The notes beneath the pieces are model-generated. The model was not told where the DNA came from. It ran no database searches and saw nothing but the letters and a program-made list of their open reading frames with translations. A program made the position numbers and the translations under genes. This document shows positions 1 to 11,900 of a stretch of DNA of 64,000 nt, piece after piece. This DNA comes from Amoebophrya sp. A120. Its lineage: Eukaryota > Protista > Dinoflagellata. Every line of letters starts with the position of its first letter. The stretch's first letter is position 1. The DNA lies in assembly GCA_905178155.1 (NCBI GenBank), contig CAJINV010000003.1, positions 3,963,868 to 4,027,867 of the forward strand, written 5' to 3'.

Positions 1-27
1 AGATTGATTCTTGATTTGAAACAACAG

Positions 28-779
28 ACCTGCGCACGGTAAACGAGAAGCTTTCCGCCTCCATTGCGCACCCGGAGGAGTTTCCCGATCTGTTTCCAGA
101 GTATGCGCACCAGAAAACGGCGGAGCAAATATTGCGGAAAGTCCCGTTTTCCACGCTGCCAGCCAGCCAATACACGAGCGTAAAGGAGAAAACGAAAGAC
201 ATAAACGTCCTGGACCAGATTGCCAAGCAGGGCGGTGCCACCTTCGCCAAAGCCTGGTCTGAAGACATACTCGGGTTAAAACCCACAACGCCCTCAGCAG
301 CAGCAGCGAAACCGGCTCCGATAACGACGAACGGAACGTCCTCCTCTTCATCCACAGCGACAAAGGCAGCTCCCACACCCAAGGCCTCAAAAGATGGAGC
401 TGCACCTACTACAGGAGCACCCGCACCTTCCGGTACAACTGCAGCGACGCCCACGGCAGCGGCGGCGCGAGTATCCTCCTCAAGCACGACACCTACGGCC
501 GGCGCGGCAACCTCCTCGTCCAAAAACAGCACATCTGGTGGAACAACCGGCGTACTACCGCCAACAACCGCGACGCCGACAAGCGCAGGAGGTGGAACCG
601 CAAGCGCTACCGTCAGTACTACACCGGCACCAGTAGTTCTAGCAGACACGACGAAACAAGATTTCAAACCGCCTACGCGGGCATCCGGGGATAAGAAGTC
701 GGAATCCCCGAGTACCGACTCAAAGGAGGGGAGCTACGAGATCATACAAGACAGCGGTGACATGCCAAACGAGCCCTAG
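28..779 (+). CDS. COPB2: Terminal exon of coatomer subunit beta-prime (COPB2/Sec27) with a Ser/Thr/Ala-rich tail; the gene begins upstream of the window
   Basis: After the acceptor aacag (ends at 27) the frame reads DLRTVNEKLSASIAHPEEFPDLFPEY, resembling the COP beta-prime C-terminal motif DLxKVNxKAAESLADPxEYxNLF. It continues into ORF 132..779. Confidence 0.7.
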
Positions 780-2016
780 CGCTTCGACAATCCTTCTCGT
801 CAGTTGTCCGGTTCGAAGCGCACTTGATTTTTCTCGAGATCGAGTACTAGCAGCTCACCACGCTGATGAAGAAAGATTGGAAAGTAGTTATTTTTGTCGC
901 TCGCGAATTTTATTTCTGCGATTTCCTAGAAAGAAAATTGGCTCGTGGGCTAATGACGTGTGACGAGTGTCATTTTTCCGAAGCGAGAAACCCTCGTGTC
1001 AAAAAAAACACTATACATGAACATGGGTTCTTGGAAAAAAACGTATTCCTTACGACCCACCCGGAAAAGTGAGAACTAGAAGAAGCATGAACATTCCCCT
1101 CTTCATAGGGTTTGTGTAATGTAGCAAAACTGTGAGAAAACAAAAGCGACATCAAAAACAGAAAAACGACCGTGCCGTCGTGCCGCCTCGCTGTGGCAGA
1201 GACTGACTCTTCTACCCGAGCCTTGTTAACATGCATTCTTTTTTGTGTAGTCAACCTCTCGCCGAAGATCTGTTTTATGTGCCTCAGTTGATTCACTATG
1301 CTACGAATTGAAAGAATAAGAAGCGATCATCCCACATTCCGTGCTCCGTGCGTGGTCGGAAAAATCATAAGTGCAGCATAAGAGCTTCAATCGAAGGTCC
1401 GCGCGATGACAAGTATCTAGGATTTGATCTCATTCCTGCTAGGGATCCTCGACATTGTCAACTTGGACGCCACAAAAGAGATCTCAAGTTGTGACGCATC
1501 GCTGGGAGAGGTTTCGTCGTGTGAGTGCTTGTAGTCAATGGTGGTAGGACTAGGATCTTGAACCTAGTAGTTCCTTCAATCGCAGACCGATCTGCAGACT
1601 CTTATTTTGTTTATCCCCGCCGTGAAAGGGCGTTTTATGAGGTCGCTTCTCTTTCGTTTTCGGGGGTTTCATATCCTTTTTTTTGGGTCTTTGACGGCGC
1701 GCACGGCTGCGGCAAAAGCTCCGTTAGAAATGAATGTGTTTCTGATTTTACGCAGTCCCGACGAGCAATTTCTCATTTACGAATTTTGCTATCTTGCTTG
1801 CGCATGATTGAAGATAAAAACAAGTCGGATACACATTTCACTCGCTACGTCTGTTATTTTGTGCCTACTTCATCTTTCATTTCCCATTTGTCGTTGTGTC
1901 AAAATGGTACCGAGCATCGACCAGAGCGCATGACCAGAAAACAGCATCGCTGGCCTTGTTGTATTACCTTCAGCCAACTGCGCCTACCACTACTTGCAGT
2001 AAGCGTTAGGTAGGAC

Positions 2017-5000
2017 ATGATTCCGTCCCCCAATGCCGCAGCATCGACTGGTACTACGAGCAGAAACGGGGGCACGTCCACGCCACAGAGTCAAAATACG
2101 CCAAATTACAACGGAACACCGGGAACTGGAACAATCCCAAGCACGACACCACCACCGACTGTTCTTGCAGGAAGCAAGGATACGCAGTCGTCAAGCAAGG
2201 CAGGTGAGCACGACCAGGAAATCAAAATCTCGAAGGGCGAGAAGCTCCGGCCCGTGAGCTTGCGCCTGATCACGCGGCAACTAATCGAAAATCCGGAGGG
2301 GACCGTTGTGCGGATATCCGGACTCGGGCACGCAATCCAGGAAGCCGCCGTCATTTTCAACCTCCTGTTCGACTTATCGCAAGAAAAAACTGTTTCATTG
2401 TGAACTTGTGATGCAAAGAACGACACACCAAAGTGTTTGTCTTGCTACACCTGCAACACAATGGATTTCTAAGCGTGTTTTCCCTTGGGAAACGCGCATG
2501 GCAAATTTTCTGTGTCATGTGTAACAAACTTGTGATGCGATTCTTGCAAGAGCATCACAGTGAAACAGTTTTTTCGTGGGATACGACTACGTCAAAGTGC
2601 ACAAATACGAAACCCGCTGGATCAAGAGCCTCGGGACCACTTACCGTGCCAAGGCAGAGTTTTTTCCCCAGCTCAGGATCCACTTCAGTATTTTTTATTT
2701 TTCTCACTTTTTTCTTCTTGGTCTATAGCTATACTCACAGTTCGGTGGATCCATGCCTGTACTTTTCCAAGCTCGTTCCCATTGTTCCAAGAAGAAATGA
2801 AATTATGCGTGTTCCTTTAATATATAATGGATTGTAAGCCAATGGGCATGGCTCTGACTGGCGCGACGCTATTGTAGCATTTTCATTCACGTCGACCTCG
2901 ACGTCTTGATTGTACTTCCTTAAATCATAACCATTTTCATTCGGTTCCGCTTTCATCGTACCGATTCGTAGCGCCTTCGACTTGTCTTGAGTAGGCACCA
3001 GTTTCCCGACAGAAAATGGGCTCATCTTGCTGTTCAACCTATCCTGTTTGCTGTACGACTTCAGGTCGTGCTGCCGGATTTCGCATGCGGATTCCAATGG
3101 CGCTGAAACCGGAGAAGGTCGCGTTTCTGGCGAAGCCGACCAGCTTCACGCCGATCTACGAAAAAGAGATACCTGACGAAGTGCACGTGGGGTCCGTCAA
3201 TGCAGGGAGTGACCAGCTCTTCGTATTATAGACCTGGGAGTGTTTTTCTTTTTGTCTTTGTTCATCTGTGATGTTTTTTTATGGTTCTTCACGTGTTCAC
3301 CGTCACCGAGCTGTACACGACGTCGTGAAGATGTCTGATGCACAATATTTTACCATTGCCACAGGTAGGCGGATCCGCAATCAACGCAGCGTTTAAGAGA
3401 GCCTTGGATGAGGCCGGCATCGAGACTGGCAAGTATCAGGACCTACAGCGAAATATCAAATGCAAATATGTCTGGGTCTGGAAGAATGCAGATTTTTGCC
3501 ATGCTGTTTTTGCATGACACAGAAGGTCTGTCATGGAAGCCCTAGCATCACAGATTTCGAGAACGTTCCGCAATGCTTAATCCGCATGACAAATCCCTCT
3601 GTTTGGTAACAGAAAATGGAAACCTTTTGCTGCCTATGCATCAGAGATTTGCGCGTGTTGTGGAATTCGCATCACAAGTTCGGATCCTTCCAGACCCAGA
3701 CATTTTTGCATTCGACGCGAAAGCTGTGGAAGTCCGCTTCAGAGCAGCTGGATATCACAGGAAAAAAGTGTTGCAGTTACACATTTGTTGGAGTTTCTGC
3801 ATTACAAAGCCGCTCGACATGGCAAAGAAAACCTGTGATGCGCAGACTATAAGGGAAAACACGAATGAAATGAGGCTGGCAAGCATTTCCTGCAATACAG
3901 AGGTCGTCTGTCTTGCTTGTCTTGCATCAAAGTGTGTAACTGTAACACTTTTTTCTCAGGATACTGGACCGGGTCGTCCTAGCCGACGCCGAGACCTGCA
4001 AGGAACTCAAAGTAAACTATCTCTCTTGCAGGGCAAGCTACGCGGACTCCACCACATGCTCCTGCTTCTTGCACGTCTTCGAGCCGGCAGCGCGACCCAT
4101 GGGAAACGCGAAGAATGCTGCCATGGTCTATGTCGTAGGACCGCGAGGTAAGTATAAGTAAGTTGTACTTCTGGCCCTGCTTCTGTGCATTTCCATTTGT
4201 CTTCACAAGCGGGAGCTGCTACATGTACCGTCTTTCGTATGTCAATGCTGTTTCACCTCCCCTGGTGTCGTGGTGAAAACACTGACTGTACGTTGCAAGA
4301 TGATGTAGAGAACAAGTACAGAACTCATTCCACCAAGAACGACCTGTATCCAGGTTCGGAGTGTGGATCGGGCGAAGATTTTCTGGAGAAGCTGCGCAAC
4401 TGCGGCAAGAATGTAGTCGTGTCCGTGAACCAGTACAACCTGAAGCATGCCAAGAAGTACACGGAAGAGCTTCCGCGCATCGACCGGGTGCGGGTGTGTC
4501 TGGTGAGCGGCGGTATCTACAAGCACCCGGACGTGGACAAAAACGACATTGCGCGTGCCCTGATGGAGGGGCTCTACTTGAATCCGAGTGCGCAGGTGGA
4601 GCATTCCCCGGTGTTTGAGTTCGCGTACGACGAAGACGCATTCAAGCTGGCATACGAAAAAGCGCTCTGGATTCCGATCAACGAGCAAAAAACCGTGAGC
4701 ACCAAAGACCACGACTTGCGGCTGGTGCATCAAGAACGAGTCGAGGAAGGGCAAGGTGGAGAGGGAACAAGTGGGGAGGTGGTCCAGGACGAGGGCAGCA
4801 AGGACGGATCTTCGTCCCCGGGTGGTGGGGCGCGGGAAAGCAAGAAACCCCGCCTGATAACGAGGGAGCTGAGGGAGGTGGTTGTATCTGCAGGCAGCAA
4901 CGCGACAGCCACAACGCCGGAAGGAACTAGTACCGTCGGAGGAGGTGCTGGACAAGCCTCGGCAACGTCCCCCGTAAGCGACGACAATAAACCGGAAGAC

Positions 5001-5099
5001 GAAGCAGATGAACAAAAAGACGGCGATCGATTCGTCTCCGCTGGATCAGTAAATCCAGACGAGGTGGTGGCCGGAGAGAATACGGGCAATGCCGTCTGA
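2017..5099 (+). CDS. Multi-exon gene: N-terminal Alba-like domain followed by a macrodomain-like (ADP-ribose-binding) domain and an acidic tail
   Basis: Alba-like: EIKISKG...VVRISGLGHAIQEAAVIFNLLFDYVKVHKYET. Macro-like, after joining exons: GSVNAGSDQLFVGGSAINAAF ... MVYVVGPRG ... RVCLVSGGIY. Contains three TIR/TSD introns (2375, 3454, 3753) plus GT-AG introns. The junction at about 2650-3064 linking the two domains is the least certain. Confidence 0.6.
2375..2583. mobile_element. Introner-like TIR element (209 bp)
   Basis: Ends TATCGCAAGAAAAAACTGTTTCA ... TGAAACAGTTTTTTCGTGGGATA; TSD CGACT (2370-2374, 2584-2588). Excision gives LLFDYVKVHK in frame. Confidence 0.85.
3454..3717. mobile_element. 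Introner-like TIR element, main TIR type, internal family A (264 bp)
   Basis: TATCAAATGCAAATATGTCTGGGTCTGGAA ... TTCCAGACCCAGACATTTTTGCATTCGACG; TSD CGAAA. Excision gives QDLQRKLWKS. Confidence 0.9.
3753..3963. mobile_element. Introner-like TIR element (211 bp)
   Basis: TATCACAGGAAAAAAGTGTTGCAGTTACACA ... TGTGTAACTGTAACACTTTTTTCTCAGGATA; TSD CTGGA. Excision gives EQLDRVVLAD. Confidence 0.85.
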
Positions 5100-5981
5100 A
5101 ACGTCTACGTCGTTGACTTCTAGTCGGGGCCACGTCGTTCTTGCAGATCAGAATTCTACGTCTCGCTATAATTGTGGAGCACGAGCTCCTGCTCCCTGTT
5201 ATTTGGTGCGATAGTTAGTAGAATTCTATTTTCCGTTAGCTGACAAGCACTTGGTCAAGGAAGTCATGCTACGCTGACAAATGCATCCACACGACGCGGC
5301 CCCAGCCTGGTAACATCGAAGCGATATATATTTCAGCCTCGAGCAATCACACATAGAATTGCTAAAAGGCTTCGCTGCGCTCATGTTTCTTCTACGTAAA
5401 CGCATGCAAATTGACATAGTAGTACGCAACACACAAGGTCGTTAGGAAGACAGAAGATGGATGCACACACCTGTTCGCTCGAGTATATTCCTACAGTTGC
5501 GCACCTTTTGCTTTTCGAGTGTCGTGGTTTCTTTGCCACCGTCTCCACTTTCGCTGCAGAAGGCAGTAGAAAAGGACGCACGCACAGTTGCACAACCTTT
5601 CTGATAGATGGATCTCGATCGCAACCTTTCCAAATTACGGCTCAGGCGTTCTCTTCTGTGTTTTTCGCTTCGCCAATAAACTTCGATCGCTATCTGAGAT
5701 CTTCTTTTCGATTGTTCTTTTTGCTTATTTTTTTCTACAGCGACGCCACTTGTCTTTGTCACATTCACGTAGCCGTACTAGCGTCTATTCAGATTACGAC
5801 TGACTTTCCTCTTCTAGACCGCCTTTTTCCCTCACCTCATCCTCATGTAGCATCGTTTCCGAAATTATAGTAAATTTGCCTTCGACTCGGAACGAAATGA
5901 GTATAACAAGCAAGAAAACGTTGAAGTATCGTGTATGTTGGATAAAACACATGTGCTGCGACGTCCTAGAGTTGCAGTGTC

Positions 5982-8900
5982 ATGAGCAGCAATTCCTCCA
6001 GTTCGGCAGCGGGGAGGCAGCGGAGCAGTAGCTACATTAGGGGGCGCAACGCCAACGCGCGAGCGACTGCACAGCCACATGCTGCAACCGGAGGGAAGAA
6101 TGCTGGGCAACACCGGCGAAACCAACAGCAACAACCGCAACAGCAGCAGACCTACTGGTCTGGCACCTACGAGGCACATTGCGCCACGTACGACAGTAAC
6201 GCCTGGGGCGCCAACGGATCAACCGCATCGCAAAGCGCGGCCGCGGTGCACACAAGAAATGGTACCTACCTAGATTTTTTTACTTCTTTTCTACGCTTTT
6301 TCTTTACTTGTTTTTGTTTCACTGCCCGAGTGGAATGCGGCGCTGCTCGGCTCTGGATGATTTGTAGCACCTGTTTGTCCTCATGCCAAGGACGAGAGCT
6401 AGGGCTGCGAGGGATTTGATATGTGACATTGTCTGCATGGATGCAGAAGTCAATTGAAATCAGTACACGTCGAAGTCATTATTTTATTCTATTTTACAGT
6501 TACATGGGTTGCCGCGTCCCAGGCTGTTGCTACCGCTTCAGCGTCCTCTAACTCGTCTCACCGAGTGCAGTTGCACCAGCACTCCTCGTGGACGCCAGGG
6601 TCACCAGCTGAGGAGCAATCCTGTCTCACGACGGGTCATTATAGCAGCACGACCTCCGCCGCGGTAGAACACGAGCAGGATAGCAGCCCCGTTCCGACGA
6701 GCCAGTGGGTAAAACCCGAGCACCTGCTGAAGAGCCATCCCGGGGTGCGATGGAACCCCTGCGATTTGCTGTTCCAGCTACAGCCAAAGCGCGAACGGGC
6801 GACGTCAAACTCGGGGAAGAACACGGGGCGCGATCCGGGCGACGATCACGAAAAGGAGCTGGATCATGGAGCAGCACCTTCAGGAGACGACAGGGCGCAA
6901 AATGATGGTCGTGGCCCCGACGACGCTCCGCGTTCTCCCGGCCAAGTAAAGTTGACTTCCAACGAGAACGACAGAGCACACAAGATGGATGTGGATACTA
7001 GCATTGGACCAGCAGCCGACGGAACGCCAGCAACAAGGGCAGTGGAAAAAAACGCCAACAATTCCTCCATCGCAGACCCGAAGATCGCAGGAAGTCCTGG
7101 AGTCGCGTCCGGAGATAAAAATATTATACGAGGAGGGAACGAAGTTTCGCCGAAGAGCATTGACAACCAGATTGAGGTGCGCGTTGACTCTGCTCCATCA
7201 CCGCGTTCCAGATCTGAAGCAGGTGGCATCTCAACGGGGGACGTCGTATGGGAAATGCGGCCGCATTTTCGGGGCGTTCGCTTTCCCGAGCGTGACTTTG
7301 TACTTGACCTGTCGGAAGAACCCGGCGAGAACAGCATGGTGGGTAGACACTCACATACCTACAGATCCACAGACCCGGGCCGCTTGGTACTCAAGTACGC
7401 AGCGAAGTGTAATGGCGTCGAGGACGCCCTGCAGCGACTTCACCGGACAGGGTTTCCCTTTGACCTGCCCCCGACCATTCCTCCCAAAGATGTGTTTTCG
7501 TCACGCGACGGTGCCCTCGTGCAAGAGATGAATTCAAACGCCAGTTCCTCCTCCTCCTCCTCCTCGTCTCGCTCTGTGTCCAAGCGTGAAGATCTACCGG
7601 TACGAGCGGATCAAGACCAAGCTCCGTCTTCCGCTAGCGAACATTGTTCCTCGGACGAGGTGGAACGCGATGCTGACGTTCGTAATGCTGGCGCAGAAAA
7701 AACCAAAAAGAAAAAGCTGGCTTCTACTTCACCTCGGCCGTCCTCCAGCAAAAGATCTGCGCAGATGACCTCTGCTCCAGTGACCACCACAGGGAATAAT
7801 ATTAAACAAGGTGAAGCAGGAGCAGGAGCCCCTCCTCCTCCATTGTTCGTCCCCTCCGGACGAACAAGCGGAGTACTACCAACGAGCGCCACGGCTAGTA
7901 CAAGTGTTGTCGGTGCTGCTGCCAGCACACTAGGTAGTACGGTGTCGGTACCCGTTCCCCTAGCAGTGAAAATGTCGAAGTTGGAAGCTGATTCTCAACT
8001 CCTGAAAACGAACAAGACTACGACCGGCCAGCAAAAGCAGGCACAGCAGTCGAGTCCTGATAGTAGTTCGTCCCAGCAGCTGCAGAGTTTTAATGGTGCC
8101 GGTGGTCGTCCAGCGCAAGAAGTTGTCGCTGCAGCAGCAGCTTCGTCGTCGGCACGACCTTCAGATCAAGTTGTAAAACAGGAGGGCGCGGCCCAGCAAA
8201 TGACCACGACTTCCCAGGCATCCGCCCCTGCTACCACTTCTATGCGGCGCCCCAGAATCGCCGAACTGAAACAGAAGCTGCTCCGGCACAAGGAGCAACG
8301 ACGGCAAGATACAACGATCGCTGTTTTAACCACGGCCGACCAGCAGCAGCAGCAGCTACTTCATCAAGTGGAAATCGCGAGTGCCGGGTCTTCTACTCCA
8401 GCCGCTGCTAGAAGTGCAGCAGGTGCTGTCGGGTTTACACTACTTCCATCTGTCGCTCCGGTCGCCGCATCTACTGCTACCGCCACGTCCAGTCTGCTGG
8501 AACAAGTGGAAGCTGCCAGTGTCGGCGGAAGCGCCGTGAACAAGAACTCATTGCCAAATAAACCTAATTTCGAAATCGCCTCGACAACCCGAACCCCCTC
8601 GGGTGCGTCGTCGCGCGCCACGACTCCCGCGTTCTTCATCGCAAATTCGACAGCGTCGGTGCCCGTTCTACCAACGAAGCGGGAGCACCCCGGTGCTTCG
8701 GAGGTCTCCGGGGCGGTAAAAATGTTGAATACACCTGAGGGCGGCACGGCGAAGACGAGGACGCCGAAACAAAACATGCAGCCGCACCCAAGGTCGACCC
8801 TGCTGGTTCCACAAAATACTAACGTCGTGCCAAAAGTAGCAGCTGCAGCCAAACCCTTGGCGGATGCGGCCCCAGGACTCGCGACCGTGGTGGCTGCAGC

Positions 8901-11900
8901 GCCCTCGTCTTCGGATCACCTAACCGAGGGCGGGACAATCGTGCCCGCCCTTTCTCCAGCACTTGTTGATTTCGGGGCAGCCGGCGCAGGATCGGTCGTG
9001 ACGGCTCCGGTGCAGGAGACGACTGCAGTCGTAGAAATAGAGGCTGACGACGACGACATTCTATCGTCTTCCGCACCGTCTGAGCAAGATGAACAAAACG
9101 AGGAGAGGGAAGAACCAAATGAAAACCCCGTCGTTGCGGCGCAAAAGAACCAAGAGCAGCTTTCCTCTCCCCTGAAGAAGCGATCCTCCAAAAGAACTGT
9201 TCTTGCCGAGAACGAAACGCGGCGAGATGAACGTAGCCACGATAGAGCGACTAAAGAAAGTAGAAACTACGACAGGGCCGGGAGGACTTCGACTGCTGAG
9301 GAAGCAGCAGCTGCTGCGAGCGACAACCAGAAGAAAAAAAAGAAGAAAGACAAGAGAGAGGCGACAAGTGTGTCACTAGCTTCGGGTCTTCCGGATGAAA
9401 TCGTGGAGACTGGGGAAACTCAAAAAGGCACCGGCGCCGGGAAAGGTCAACTGCAAAATGGTGTGGACAAGGAAGTAGATCATCTGCAACAAGGCTCGAA
9501 GGCGAAGAAGAAGCGGAAGAAAGAAATAGAGGACGACGACGTTGAGCTGGAAATGCTCCCAGCAAAGAAAAAGAAAAACAAGCGGAAGAGGGAGGATCGT
9601 TCCGCGGAAAGGCGGGAGAAAGTCCCAAAAGACGCACCACACGCAGACTCGATGGCGAGTCAGGCCAACGACGAACATCATGTTGGGGGTACGAGAAGTC
9701 AGGGCTTCCTGCCTGCGAAAATAAAGCACAGTAAAGACTACGACACGGAAGCCAGTGGTAGACACCGAGAAGATCCGGCGGCACTGGGCGACACCAGCAC
9801 GGCGGGAGAATTACATCAAGCCGCGGGGAAAAAAAAGAAGAAGAGGAAATCGGACAAAAACACTGGTGCCCCCAAGGATCCGCCGGTACAAGAGATCCTC
9901 GAGCAGATCCGGCCGAAGCTGTCAGCTGCTTCAGATGGTGACCACGACGAGGCCGAAGACGACAACCTGCAGGAGGCAGCGGAGGAGGTTCTTCTGCCCT
10001 CGTCTTCTCGGACGCAGCAAAAGATCAAAGAAACGCTGGACAAACTGAAGCCCGCTGCGGGCCTTCAAGCGCGACCGGAGGTTATAAAAGAGCACTCGCA
10101 CAACTCGTCTTCCTCCTCGCGCTCAGGATGGACCACCAGTTCCAGCCAGGAAAACGACGACAGTACCCGCCGCAAGAAACCGAGAGAGCCCAGCAACAAG
10201 CAACCGAAGTTGTCCGCGAAGGCTCTGCGGCGTCTGGAAAGACAATCGGAGAGAGAAAAAGAAAAGCGCGCGGTCCAAAAGCAGAAAGACGAGCTCAAGA
10301 AAGCCCTACTGCTCGCCCAGAAGCGAAAAGGAAAGAAAGTTGAGGACAAGGACCTGCGTGCGACCGCCAAGTACTTGCGTTTTTTATTTTTGTAGGATGT
10401 CAATCTCAATGCAAATGCTTTTCTACGATCACGATTGAACAGAAACACGGGGGTCTTCTTTGTGTTTCATCCATTCAATTGCGTCGTGTGGAAATGTAAA
10501 TGAACATGTTTACTCACTACTTTTGCTACGGGGCCGCGATAGCAGAGTGCAGCGTTCTTCTCTCCATCGATCGTGGACCGCGATGTAACGCATTGAGATT
10601 GTTTTCACTTAAGGTTAAGTGTAAGTAGTTACCTTCGTGAGCAGCGACTGTACTTAGATAACTTTGAAAAACTAAATCAAAATCGCACAAAAAAAAATCA
10701 GGGATAAGGACAAGCGCGTTCCTGCTTCCGCAAAGGAAGCTGCTGCGACTGCCAAGCGCGGCCCGACGCGTCTTGTCCGGCCCCGGGAAGAGAAGACCAA
10801 GGATGGTCGCAAAGACGGCGTCGCGGTGCTCAAGAAGAGAAAACGCAAGGAATCTTCTCCGGTGGAGGAACCCGACACGGTATCAAGATCGAGTCAACGG
10901 CTATCTTTTTCCGAGCCGCCAAAGGATAAGGAGCGTCGCCTAAGAAAAGAGAGACAAAACGCGATAAGGCCTTCTCGTAATAAAGAACCAACGGGAAAAA
11001 GTAAGGACACGGCAGCGGTAGCGGTTTCCGCGGGCTTGCGAGGTCGGCGTAGAATGGACAAGAATTACGTACTTCCGTCGTCTAGATCGTCACACCGCGA
11101 AGCCGCTGCAACGGCCAGGTCTTCGTCTAGTGCGAGCAGGAGCAGCGCAGCCCCCGTGCAAAAGAGGATCAAGCGCTCGCCCGGACGGCGTGGTCCCAAG
11201 GATGGCCGCGACTATAATGATATGGTGCAGAAAAAAACCAAAAATCGCGTCGAGGAGCCGGGGCGCCACGGTTCGCGATCGCGCTCTAGAGCACGACGCC
11301 GGAACGAGATCGATGATTCTCGGAGACATGCCGCGGTGCGGCGCGATGGAGGCGAACAGTTGTACAAAGATGGTGCCGCGCGTTCTCACCGACGCAAGAA
11401 GAGGGAGGACCACTATCAAGATGACGAGGGAAGTGGTCATGCAAGCGCAGGAGCAGAGGACGGCAGCAAAGATCCGAATTATCATGGTAAAAAGCGCAGC
11501 TACCGGCGACCTCACTCCCAGTCTCGTCGGCGTGGGAGGGGGAGGCTCCGCGATGCCGGTGTAGCGAGCAAGTCACAGTCAGCAGGAGACCGCAGCTCCA
11601 AGGAGCGAGGTGGAAGGACCACGCGCCGGCGCGACGACGGCCGGGAAGCAGACAAGAAGAAGCCTGATCTTGGGCCTCGTGGATATGGGAAAGTAATCCA
11701 GACAGAAGACGGTGAGAATCGCCCGCCCCCCTTGATACCACTTGAGCTCAAAGACCCGGACGACAAAAAATCATCGAAACGAAACCGAGATCATGAGGAT
11801 AGTGAAGGCAAAAAGAAAAAGAATGCCGCTTCTCGCGCCGGTTCAAGTAAAGCCAAAGACAAGAAGAACAGCAAAAATGACGAAGGCCCTGAGCGGACAA

